From positions 8,357 to 72,356 of the forward strand of contig CAYOAZ010000010.1 in NCBI GenBank assembly GCA_964402285.1: a stretch of 64,000 nucleotides of DNA. Reading direction: 5' to 3'. Position 1 is the first letter of the stretch. Each line of letters starts with the position of its first letter. The position numbers and the translations under genes were made by a program. This document shows positions 49,607-58,314 of this stretch, piece after piece. The DNA comes from an uncultured Anaerolineae bacterium. Lineage in GTDB: Bacteria > Chloroflexota > Anaerolineae > JAADDB01. Below the pieces are notes generated by a model. The model did not search any database. It was not told the origin of the DNA and saw nothing but the letters and a program-made list of their open reading frames with translations.

Positions 49607-50616
49607 CAGATTTTCTCCAATTGCCAAAGGCTCCACAGGCTGAAGAGAACGACTAATCCTCCCACCAAGTACCCTGTCAGAATATCCGCTTCGGCAACGA
49701 AAATAGCCAACTCACCACTCACACCAGCCGCGAGGTAAAGAACTAACACGGCTTCCCTTTGGGTGAGCCCTATTCGGGTCAGACGGTGCGATACGTGATC
49801 CTTACCCGGCGTTGTTAGTGGGTTTAACCCCCGGCGCAGGCGGGACATAAACACTAATGTGGTGTCGAAAATGGGCACTGCCAGCACCAGAGGGGGCACT
49901 AACCAGGTTACCATGTAGACGTTATCTGGAAAGCGGAGTTTAATGCCCAGGGCAGCCAACACAAAGCCGAGAAACAAACTTCCACTGTCCCCCATGAAGA
50001 TGCGGGCTGGGTTAAAGTTGTAGATTAAGAAACCCAAACACGCGCCAAGCAGGGCTGCAGCAAGTGCTCCCACCAAATATTGTCCACTCATGGTGGCCAG
50101 AAGCGTGAAGTGCCCTGCCGCGATGGCTGCAATGCCTCCTGCGAGGCCATCCATGTTATCCATCAGGTTTAAGGCATTGGTAAGCCCGACAATCCACAGA
50201 ATCGATAGGGGGACATCTATCCACTCCGTTTGGAAAAGGTGAATTTGTACCCCGGTAGCGATAAGTAACGCCGCAGCCAGCACTTGCATGAAGAGTTTGA
50301 ACCAGGGGGAAAGCCGACTTCGGTCGTCCCATAAGCCCATTAAGGAGACCAGTGTGGCCCCTACGAAGATTCCCACTACTTGCCGAATGTAGAATCGGTC
50401 GCCGAAGAGCAGTAAGGCCAGGGCAAATGCTGCGTAAATAGCAATTCCCCCCATTAAAGGCATTGGCGTTCGGTGTAACTTGCGTGCGGAGGGCTGGTCA
50501 ACCCAGCCGAGGTGAGGCGCAAGCCGTCGGGCAATCGGGGTTGTACCTGCCGCAACCAGGAGCGCACTTAAAGCGATGAGCAGAAACGAAAGCGCGTTCA
50601 ATGAACTCATCTTCAC
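49600..50616 (-). CDS. MraY/WecA-family polyprenyl-phosphate HexNAc-1-P transferase
   Basis: [52 protein letters not shown]. Confidence 0.92.
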   Translation of the reverse strand: MKMSSLNALSFLLIALSALLVAAGTTPIARRLAPHLGWVDQPSARKLHRTPMPLMGGIAIYAAFALALLLFGDRFYIRQVVGIFVGATLVSLMGLWDDRSRLSPWFKLFMQVLAAALLIATGVQIHLFQTEWIDVPLSILWIVGLTNALNLMDNMDGLAGGIAAIAAGHFTLLATMSGQYLVGALAAALLGACLGFLIYNFNPARIFMGDSGSLFLGFVLAALGIKLRFPDNVYMVTWLVPPLVLAVPIFDTTLVFMSRLRRGLNPLTTPGKDHVSHRLTRIGLTQREAVLVLYLAAGVSGELAIFVAEADILTGYLVGGLVVLFSLWSLWQLEKIWE

Positions 50617-53600
50617 TTCCTCTTCTGCTGTAGGGCTTGCAATTCAGTAATAAGTGCCTGGAGGGCAGGTTTTTCTTTTTCCGGCGCAATGTTCAACGCC
50701 TGTTGGGCATATTGGAGCGCCAGGTCGTATTGGCCACTCTCACGGTACAAGAGTGCTAGATTACGCAAAGTGGCCAGGTCCTGAGGGGCTCGTTTGAGAA
50801 CCTCCAGGTTGTACTCTATAGCCTTTTGAATGTCCCCTTTGCGGGCAAAAACATAAGCCAAGTTGCTCAGAATCCGTATATCATTCGGGTGCCGTTTCAA
50901 TGCTTGAGTGTAATAATATTCTGCTTTATCCCAATCCTTACGAGATCGGTAGTAATCACCAAGGTAGAAATAGGTGAGATAGTACGTCTCGTCCAGTTGA
51001 AGGGAGATGTTCAATTGCTTTAGCGCTTCCTCCTCCTGCCCAGCCTGTAGGAGGGCTAGAGCATATTCGTCACGTAAACGAGCGTTGTTCGGGCTTAAAG
51101 AGACGGCTTGGGCGAAGTAGTGCACAGCTTTCTCGATGTACTGTTGTCTTAAGGTCTTATCTTGGGTCATGTTTGCTCGAGTAATGTAGAACCGGCCGAG
51201 GTTGGCTGTGTGGTCCGTGTTTAATGGGTTGAGACGTTGGGCTTTTAGGAGTACTTGTTCTGCCTCTTGAAGCAGGGTTTCCCGCACTTTAGGGTCTTGC
51301 GTGTGCTGAGCATGTTCTAAGTAGGCCTTTCCCAGGAAAAGGTAATAATAGTCCTCGTGGGGGGCTAAATTCAACACTTTCTTGTAAATGGATTCGGCTT
51401 CGGCATAGCGTCGAGCTTTGTGAAATGCTTTTGCTTGTTTGAAGTAGATATCTGCCTGGATGGGGTGGAGCGCAGGACCAAAGCCCACGTATAAAGCCAA
51501 CAATGTCCCAACGGCTACCGTTCCCCAGGTCCCCACATGGCGCGTGGTTGGAAGGGGAGTCGTTGTCCTCCCCAACACGAAGCCGATCGCTAAAACAAAC
51601 ACGAACAGCAGGATATAGTACGCCACTGGGAAACGTGCCATGTGGTCGGCAAAGGCGAGGATGGCTTCTGGATGGCGCGAGGCCTCTACTTGAAGTTGGG
51701 CGGCTCGGGCGAGAAAGTGGGATTGAATTATCGCCATGAGGAAGAATCCTCCCCAAGCCCATAAGGTTTGTACGCCGGTGCCGGCAATCCAATCACCCAG
51801 CCGGAGAATGCGGTGTCTGCGAGCCACTTCGCCGGTGAATAAGGGGGCCAGTACCAGCCACACGAACAAGAACATGTAAAACTGATGGGGGTTGGTGATG
51901 CGAATGCCGTGTTCGACACGGGTGAACAAACTGTTGGTCAAAATGCGTCCTGCCTGGTTGGTTAGCACATTTCCCGTAGGAAGGTTAATGATAAATTCGT
52001 AAGCCAGTGTGATGAAGATAAAGGCTAACAATAGGCTATAGACCCAAAATGTAGGTTCACGGAGTACAGAACGGGTCGGCGCGGGCGCGATGTTCTGCTT
52101 GGTGCGACGTTCTCGGCGCTTTCGTTTTTTGCGGGTACGAGGCGGCTCCACCGCTGGTTGCAAGCCCACGGGCTCGGGTTGTAAGGAGAGACGGTGGGTG
52201 CCCACCGCGACCAGCACGGCGGACAACATCCAGAAGTACGTGCGCGTGCTGACAATGGCGATTCCGAAATTGATTTCTACGTAGTGGGCGGCTATTGTCG
52301 CCAATAAGGCAAGAAGTAGTAAGTACCGTTCCCGCTCCTCTCGCGGGACTGCCGGTAACTGGCGCGTTAAACCAATAAACGTAACATACGCGATGAGGCC
52401 CACAATAAACCCGAAAGGCAACGAGACTCCAAAAAACCGCCAACTACCGTCCAATATCCGGGCCGTAGTGACGGCTATTAAACCGCCTCCAAACCAGAAA
52501 CCGAGAAACAGGAAGCGCTCCTTGCGTGAGGTAATCAACCCTAACCAGGTGAGTACAAAGTAGAAGATGCTGACAAACAGCCACACATACGCGGCAAAGC
52601 CTAACACGCCCGTGCGGATGAGACTGTCAAACGTTTCATTGTGTGAACGGTCAGGAGACGCGTTTCGCTTTTCAATGTGAGCCAGTTCAGGGCGATAAAA
52701 ACGGTTGTACGCAACCCACATTGCTTCTGGGCCGTACCCGATGAGCGGGCGTATTGGGTTCCACGGATCAGCGTGCATGTCTGGCGGCACATTTAGCGGT
52801 TCGTGGGGGAGGATGAGGTCCACGGCTCCTTCCCATATCAGAACGCGCACTCGACCTGTGGGATTGCGGCGGCTCACGTCTAGGATTTTGCCCAGCCGGC
52901 CCACATAGGGCATTTCGCGCAAAGGTTCCAAAGGTGTCTGTGGCAGGTTAAACACGATTAGAAAGAGGGCCCCTAAAAGGGCCAAACTGACCCACGCGCC
53001 CGCGATGGCCCGATAGTAACGCACTCGAAAAGCCAAGACTGCAAGCAAGATGAAAACGTATATGCCGACGACAAATCCGAGGAATGGCCCTCGACTTTGG
53101 CTGAAAACAAGAGCGATTGCCTGAACAGCAAAGATAAACAGGTAAATGCCCCCAAGGATCGCGTCCGTAAACCCGCGTTTTCCCTCCACATCCTGAAGAA
53201 TGCCGGCAAAGGAGCGGACAATGCGGTACCCGGTGAGAAACATCACCATGATTAAATAGGCCGCGATGAAAATCGCATTACCCATGTGTCCAGCAATACG
53301 TGTTTGGACATCTCCTCCCCAGGGCAGTGGGTCCACTCCGTAATGCTGAAGAATTCCATATAACCCCACAGGGACGCTGGTAGCCACAATGACCGTGATT
53401 AGTCGTTCCAGTTGATCGCGCTCTCGTAATTGATTGAGAGCGACCAGGAAGATGACGATGTAACTGTAGGTCGTCCACAATCCCTGCAATCGTTGATAGG
53501 AACCCCAGAGGCTGGTGCGAGGGGCAACGGAGAACAGAGTGCTGATAAGGTACGAGATAATGATGAGGAGCGTAGGTGCCACCAGGGGGATGCGGAGCAC

Positions 53601-53837
53601 ATTTCGTAAGCGCTGCAACCATGATTCACCGTCTTCTCGTCTTAGCCAGTTTGTGTCTACGGCCCATATAAGCCAGGCTAAGCCCACAATGGCAGATAAC
53701 CATCGTACCAGGGAGATTTTATCTGGCTCGAAGACTCGGTCGGTTTGTACGTTGAAGTAAAGGGGAGCCACCATTAGGGCCAACAACCAGCCGGCTTCCA
53801 TAATACCTTGTGCCAGTCGTGCGATTTTCGAGGTCAT
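50613..53837 (-). CDS. O-antigen-ligase-like (Wzy_C) polytopic membrane protein with C-terminal TPRs
   Basis: [34 protein letters not shown], then TPRs ([20 protein letters not shown]). Many TMs. Confidence 0.85.
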   Translation of the reverse strand: MTSKIARLAQGIMEAGWLLALMVAPLYFNVQTDRVFEPDKISLVRWLSAIVGLAWLIWAVDTNWLRREDGESWLQRLRNVLRIPLVAPTLLIIISYLISTLFSVAPRTSLWGSYQRLQGLWTTYSYIVIFLVALNQLRERDQLERLITVIVATSVPVGLYGILQHYGVDPLPWGGDVQTRIAGHMGNAIFIAAYLIMVMFLTGYRIVRSFAGILQDVEGKRGFTDAILGGIYLFIFAVQAIALVFSQSRGPFLGFVVGIYVFILLAVLAFRVRYYRAIAGAWVSLALLGALFLIVFNLPQTPLEPLREMPYVGRLGKILDVSRRNPTGRVRVLIWEGAVDLILPHEPLNVPPDMHADPWNPIRPLIGYGPEAMWVAYNRFYRPELAHIEKRNASPDRSHNETFDSLIRTGVLGFAAYVWLFVSIFYFVLTWLGLITSRKERFLFLGFWFGGGLIAVTTARILDGSWRFFGVSLPFGFIVGLIAYVTFIGLTRQLPAVPREERERYLLLLALLATIAAHYVEINFGIAIVSTRTYFWMLSAVLVAVGTHRLSLQPEPVGLQPAVEPPRTRKKRKRRERRTKQNIAPAPTRSVLREPTFWVYSLLLAFIFITLAYEFIINLPTGNVLTNQAGRILTNSLFTRVEHGIRITNPHQFYMFLFVWLVLAPLFTGEVARRHRILRLGDWIAGTGVQTLWAWGGFFLMAIIQSHFLARAAQLQVEASRHPEAILAFADHMARFPVAYYILLFVFVLAIGFVLGRTTTPLPTTRHVGTWGTVAVGTLLALYVGFGPALHPIQADIYFKQAKAFHKARRYAEAESIYKKVLNLAPHEDYYYLFLGKAYLEHAQHTQDPKVRETLLQEAEQVLLKAQRLNPLNTDHTANLGRFYITRANMTQDKTLRQQYIEKAVHYFAQAVSLSPNNARLRDEYALALLQAGQEEEALKQLNISLQLDETYYLTYFYLGDYYRSRKDWDKAEYYYTQALKRHPNDIRILSNLAYVFARKGDIQKAIEYNLEVLKRAPQDLATLRNLALLYRESGQYDLALQYAQQALNIAPEKEKPALQALITELQALQQKRK

Positions 53838-54192
53838 TGTCCATACTCCTTGCCGGTGTGAAGGACGTGGAGTCATCACCTGAAGTAGTTACACATCAGG
53901 CTATCAAAGGGATGTTACTCCAAGAGAACGCATCTGACAAACCGCTCTCAACGCTCCGAGGGTCGTTTGGTTCATTCTCCTGCCGTGAACGTACGGCCTG
54001 GGGTATGTGGCATTTGCTTAAAAGCGCATTTAGGCATAAGATGTGGTTGAGATGGTGGGCCATTGACCGCGCGATGGCAGTGAGCCCGATTGCACATAGA
54101 GAGGCGTATAAGTCAGTTCGGAGAATTTTACTCTAAAGAAAGGGTCGCTTGGATTGCCCGGCAACCGAGACGCCCGTAGTACGTACGATGGT

Positions 54193-54225
54193 GGCGCCAC
54201 CGGATAGCCGGTGGCGTTCTTTTTC
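54193..54225 (+). terminator. Intrinsic terminator in the 5' leader of the ECF/coaX operon (attenuator candidate)
   Basis: CGCCACCGG-atag-CCGGTGGCG followed by TTCTTTTT, ending about 20 nt before the ATG at 54245. Confidence 0.7.
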
Positions 54226-54244
54226 GCCGGGCCTGTGAAGGCCA

Positions 54245-56005
54245 ATGAAACCCATTATTCGATTTCACGATGTTTCGTACACATACCACCTGCCTAATGG
54301 GCAGAGCATTCCCGCGCTTCAGCACGTTCATCTGACCATTTATCCTGGGGAGTTCGTGGCCCTCATGGGGGCCAATGGATCAGGGAAGTCCACTTTAGTC
54401 CGCCTCATCAACGCCTTATTCGTGCCGACAGAGGGAACTGTTTGTGTCCACCAATGGAATACCCGCGAACGTCGGTGTTGGAAGGACATCCGGCGTACTG
54501 TAGCCATGGTGTTTCAAGATCCACAGTCACAGATTGTGGGCTCTACGGTGGAGGAAGATGTGGCTTTTGGGCCGCGAAATTTGGGCCTGCCCCAGTCGGT
54601 TGTTCGACAGCGCGTTGAGTGGGCGTTACGCACTGTGGGGATGTGGGATCTGCGCCAGCGTTTGCCCTTCCAACTTTCGGCTGGACAGGCACAGCGGGTC
54701 GCCCTAGCCGGGGCAATCGCGATGAAACCGGAGGTGTTAATCCTCGATGAAGCTACCGCCATGTTGGATCCCGCTGGTCGCCAAACTATCCTTAGCCTCT
54801 TAAAACACCTAAACACTTTGGGGATGACCGTTGTGCTTGTTACCCACTTCCCCGAGGAAGCATCTCAGGCCCAACGGCTTATCGTGTTACATCGTGGGAC
54901 TGTGGTTGCAGATGACGTACCTACACGTGTATTTGTGCGGTCCGAGCGTCTTGCTGAGTGGGGCATTGCCGCTCCAGTTCCTGGGCAAATCGCGCGTCGA
55001 TTGCATACCAAGATGCCGTGCATTTCACCGGCGATATTGGATGTCCGGACCTTAACTCGCGCGTTGGAGGAATGTTTGATTACTTCTCCCCGCCAGTCTC
55101 TTTCAAATCCTTCTCCGAGACCTTCACGTGTTGGGCAGGCGCGATCTACGTTTATAAAGACACGCGATCTTTGGCATGTGTATATGGCCCAAACCCCTTT
55201 AGAAGTCACAGCCTTGAGAGGCGTAACCCTTACTGTGCAGCGTGGCGCGTCTGTTGGCTTAATGGGAACAACTGGTTCGGGAAAGAGCACCCTCATGCAG
55301 CATTTGAACGGATTGCTCTTTCCACATCGAGGTGAGGTGTGGATAGATGGTCAGGAGATTCGCCAATGGCAGGACCGCTTGCCCGCGCTTCGTCGGACAG
55401 TTGCTATGCTGTTTCAGCGGGCTGAGGACCAGTTATTTGAACGTTTTGTGGGTGATGATGTAGCAGCCGGTCTTCGACCCCTGCGTCTCCCGCGGGAGAT
55501 ACTCAGGGAGCGTGTGCGATGGGCTATGGAAACGGTGGGCCTGGAGTTTGAAGCGTATAAGGACCGCCCGGTGTACAGTTTAAGCGGTGGTGAAAAACGA
55601 AAAGTGGCATTAGCCGGTGTATTGGTGTTGGAGCCTCAAGGGGTTATTTTGGATGAACCCACAGTTGGTCTGGACCCGCGTTCTCGTCAGGACTTGATGA
55701 TGTATTTGGAAAAGTGGCACACGAGAGGAGACGTCACACTTATCTACTCCTCTCATTCTCCTGAAGAGATAGCCCACATGACTGACCAGATAGTCATTAT
55801 GCAGAATGGCGTGGTGGCTATTTCAGGGGAGACACATGAGGTGCTATATGACGTCGAAAGAATTAAGGCGTTGGGATTGGAGGTTCCCGTTGTTGTAGAA
55901 CTAGTCCTCGGTTTAAGGTCGAGGGGGATCCCTCTGCGGGGAAATCCAATTACAATGAACGAATTCGTGAATACAATTACACGATTCTTTCGCGGAAGGG
56001 GCTGA
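54245..56005 (+). CDS. ECF transporter ATPase, fused EcfA-EcfA'
   Basis: Two ABC cassettes: GANGSGKS/LSAGQ/LILDEA and GTTGSGKS/LSGGEKRK/VILDEP. Q-loops VFQDP and LFQRAE. Confidence 0.92.
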   Translation: MKPIIRFHDVSYTYHLPNGQSIPALQHVHLTIYPGEFVALMGANGSGKSTLVRLINALFVPTEGTVCVHQWNTRERRCWKDIRRTVAMVFQDPQSQIVGSTVEEDVAFGPRNLGLPQSVVRQRVEWALRTVGMWDLRQRLPFQLSAGQAQRVALAGAIAMKPEVLILDEATAMLDPAGRQTILSLLKHLNTLGMTVVLVTHFPEEASQAQRLIVLHRGTVVADDVPTRVFVRSERLAEWGIAAPVPGQIARRLHTKMPCISPAILDVRTLTRALEECLITSPRQSLSNPSPRPSRVGQARSTFIKTRDLWHVYMAQTPLEVTALRGVTLTVQRGASVGLMGTTGSGKSTLMQHLNGLLFPHRGEVWIDGQEIRQWQDRLPALRRTVAMLFQRAEDQLFERFVGDDVAAGLRPLRLPREILRERVRWAMETVGLEFEAYKDRPVYSLSGGEKRKVALAGVLVLEPQGVILDEPTVGLDPRSRQDLMMYLEKWHTRGDVTLIYSSHSPEEIAHMTDQIVIMQNGVVAISGETHEVLYDVERIKALGLEVPVVVELVLGLRSRGIPLRGNPITMNEFVNTITRFFRGRG

Positions 56006-56008
56006 AAC

Positions 56009-56806
56009 GTGGAGAACGTTGAATTTCTTCGGCGTGTAATTATCGGCATTTACCTTCCGACCAACTCCTGGCTTCACCGGTTGGATGTTCGAGCGAAACT
56101 TTTTGTGTTTTTGGTAGGTACCGGGTATGCCACATTTGTTTCCTCTTTGCGGGCTCAAGGCGTTTTTCTGATATGGGTGCTAATGCTTATGCACACGGCA
56201 CGGGTGCCTTGGCGTTTTGCGTGGAACGGTCTGAAAGCAGCATTACCATTTCTGTTCGCTTTCGGGGTGTTGGATTTATTGTTTGCCCCTTCTTCTCCTA
56301 AAGGTGTTATTTGTACTCCATGGTGGACCCTCGGTAGTTGGCATCTTACTAATTGTGCGGTTGAAACGGTGGGGTTGCTATTTTTGCGTTTTACTGTGTT
56401 GATGTTGTGGACGAGCCTGTTGACGATAACCACAACAGTGGTGGAATTAGGACGAGGGCTTGAATGGTACTTATCCCCATTAAACCGGTGGGGCATTCCA
56501 GGGTATGAAGTTTCTCTTATTTTGGCCCTTACTTTTCGTTTCGTTCCCACATTTGCTTTAGAAGCCGAGCGTTTGGTCAAATCTCAGATGGCTCGTGGCA
56601 TAGATTTGGGTGAAGGCGGGCGATGGCGCTTCTGGCGCCGAGTTCGGGCTATGATGCCCATGCTCATTCCGTTTTTCCTCATGGCTCTTCGTCGGGCAGA
56701 GGAAATGGCTGAGGCCATGGAGGCGCGAGGTTTTATTGGAGTTACAGATACTGCCGCTGCAGAAAATCTTTTACCTCAGAAAGGAGGTGTCCGGCATGAA
56801 TGCTAA
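56009..56806 (+). CDS. ecfT: ECF transporter T component
   Basis: SWLHRLDVRAK, LTFRFVP, SQMARG, AEAMEARG. Confidence 0.92.
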   Translation: MENVEFLRRVIIGIYLPTNSWLHRLDVRAKLFVFLVGTGYATFVSSLRAQGVFLIWVLMLMHTARVPWRFAWNGLKAALPFLFAFGVLDLLFAPSSPKGVICTPWWTLGSWHLTNCAVETVGLLFLRFTVLMLWTSLLTITTTVVELGRGLEWYLSPLNRWGIPGYEVSLILALTFRFVPTFALEAERLVKSQMARGIDLGEGGRWRFWRRVRAMMPMLIPFFLMALRRAEEMAEAMEARGFIGVTDTAAAENLLPQKGGVRHEC

Positions 56807-57338
56807 ATTTTCGGCCCGTACCATTACTGTAACCGCAGCCCTTTCTGCTGTGGCTGTGGTGTTGGGGGCAACCCAATGGGGGTTTATTCCCGTTCCAACG
56901 CCTGCTGGCCATGCTACGATTATGCACGTACCAGTGATTCTCGGCGCGATTCTTGAGGGACCGATGGTAGGGGCTATTATAGGAGCAGTTTTTGGCCTCT
57001 ACAGCTTCTTAGATGCCACGTTGCCTATATTTAAAGATCCACTGGTTGCTATTCTTCCTCGCTTGTTTATCGGTCCGATGGCTTACTATGCCTATATGTT
57101 GACCCGGCGCTGGGGGGAATCTGTGGCTTCAGGTATGGCAGCGGTCGTGGGGACTGTAACCAATACGGTGTTAGTATTGGGTATGATTGTGATCCGAGGA
57201 TACTTGGACGCGAGAACGGCATGGGCCGTGGGTGTGACGCACGGCCTCCCAGAAATTATAGTAGCCGCACTCATTGTTATTCCAGTTGTGCTAATGTGGA
57301 AACGCGTGGAATTTGGCCGTGGTCGGTCACGCCTGTGA
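56796..57338 (+). CDS. ECF S component, pantothenate (PanT-like)
   Basis: GFIPVP...ATIMHVPVILGAILEGP...FGLYSF...DPLVAILPRLFIG...GTVTNTVLVLG. Directly upstream of coaX. Confidence 0.8.
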   Translation: MNAKFSARTITVTAALSAVAVVLGATQWGFIPVPTPAGHATIMHVPVILGAILEGPMVGAIIGAVFGLYSFLDATLPIFKDPLVAILPRLFIGPMAYYAYMLTRRWGESVASGMAAVVGTVTNTVLVLGMIVIRGYLDARTAWAVGVTHGLPEIIVAALIVIPVVLMWKRVEFGRGRSRL

Positions 57339-57384
57339 TTTCAAAGCAAACATGATTGGTTTATTAATAACGAGGAGGGTGTTT

Positions 57385-58161
57385 ATGTTGTTAACCGTGG
57401 ATATTGGAAACAGCGAAGTTACTCTGGGTGTCTATACTGACTCTCAATGGCAAGCCCGTTGGCGATTACGAACGGTGGTTCATAGGACACCCGATGAATA
57501 CGCGTTGCTATTGAAGGGACTTTTTCGAGAGGCAGGCATTCCCCTTGAAAGAGTAAGATATGTGGGCTTAGCCAGTGTCGTTCCTCCGGTGACGGATACG
57601 TTCGTAGATGTGATTCAACGACATTTGCGTGCTGAATTGCTCGTGGTGCGTCCAGGCGTTCGTACTGGATTGCGTATTCGGGCTGACAACCCTGCAGAGG
57701 TGGGTGCGGACCTCATTGTTAACGCTGTAGCTGCATATGAACGATTTAAAGATGCGTGCATCATTGTGAGTTTGGGGACTGCAACCGTGTTTACCGCGGT
57801 CTCGGCTGGACGGGATTTCTTGGGAGCGGCTATTGCTCCAGGATTGCGTATGGCTGCTCGTGCTCTTTCGGAGCAGACAGCTCAATTACCGGGTATTCAA
57901 CTCGCTGCTCCGCCCGTAGTTATTGGTCGCAACACGGTTCACGCTATGCAGAGCGGCTTGGTGTGGGGGTATGTAGCTATGGTGGAGGGGATGGTGGCTC
58001 GTTTTCGGAAAGAGATGCAGAGGGAGGCGAACGTCATTGCCACGGGAGGGTTGGCTCACTTAATTGCACCTCACACGTCAGTGATTGACGTTGTAGATCC
58101 ATGGTTGACTCTTGAAGGACTGCGCATATTGGTGGAACGTAATCTCCTTTCTGGTCGCTAA
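57385..58161 (+). CDS. coaX: Type III pantothenate kinase
   Basis: LTVDIGNS, SVVP, VGADLIVN, SLGTAT, GRNTVHAMQSG, ATGG, LTLEGL. Confidence 0.96.
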   Translation: MLLTVDIGNSEVTLGVYTDSQWQARWRLRTVVHRTPDEYALLLKGLFREAGIPLERVRYVGLASVVPPVTDTFVDVIQRHLRAELLVVRPGVRTGLRIRADNPAEVGADLIVNAVAAYERFKDACIIVSLGTATVFTAVSAGRDFLGAAIAPGLRMAARALSEQTAQLPGIQLAAPPVVIGRNTVHAMQSGLVWGYVAMVEGMVARFRKEMQREANVIATGGLAHLIAPHTSVIDVVDPWLTLEGLRILVERNLLSGR

Positions 58162-58200
58162 AAACCAACAAGGCCCCTTCCTCGCTAAGGAAGGGGCCTT
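58141..58200 (+). repeat. 60-bp direct repeat, copy 1 (coaX last 7 codons plus terminator hairpin)
   Basis: AATCTCCTTTCTGGTCGCTAAAAACCAACAAGGCCCCTTCCTCGCTAAGGAAGGGGCCTT, identical to 63757-63816. Confidence 0.97.
58170..58200 (-). terminator. Terminator hairpin within the repeat
   Basis: 13-bp stem AAGGCCCCTTCCT/AGGAAGGGGCCTT with GTTGGTTTTT after it on the minus strand. Confidence 0.8.
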
Positions 58201-58314
58201 CCTCCAGTTTGGCCTTCCCATCCCACCAGACCAATCATAAAAAGCCAGAGTCCAGGGGGCGTCTCCTGTGCCTACTATGAGACACAGGAGACGAACTTAA
58301 AACGAACCTAATGG

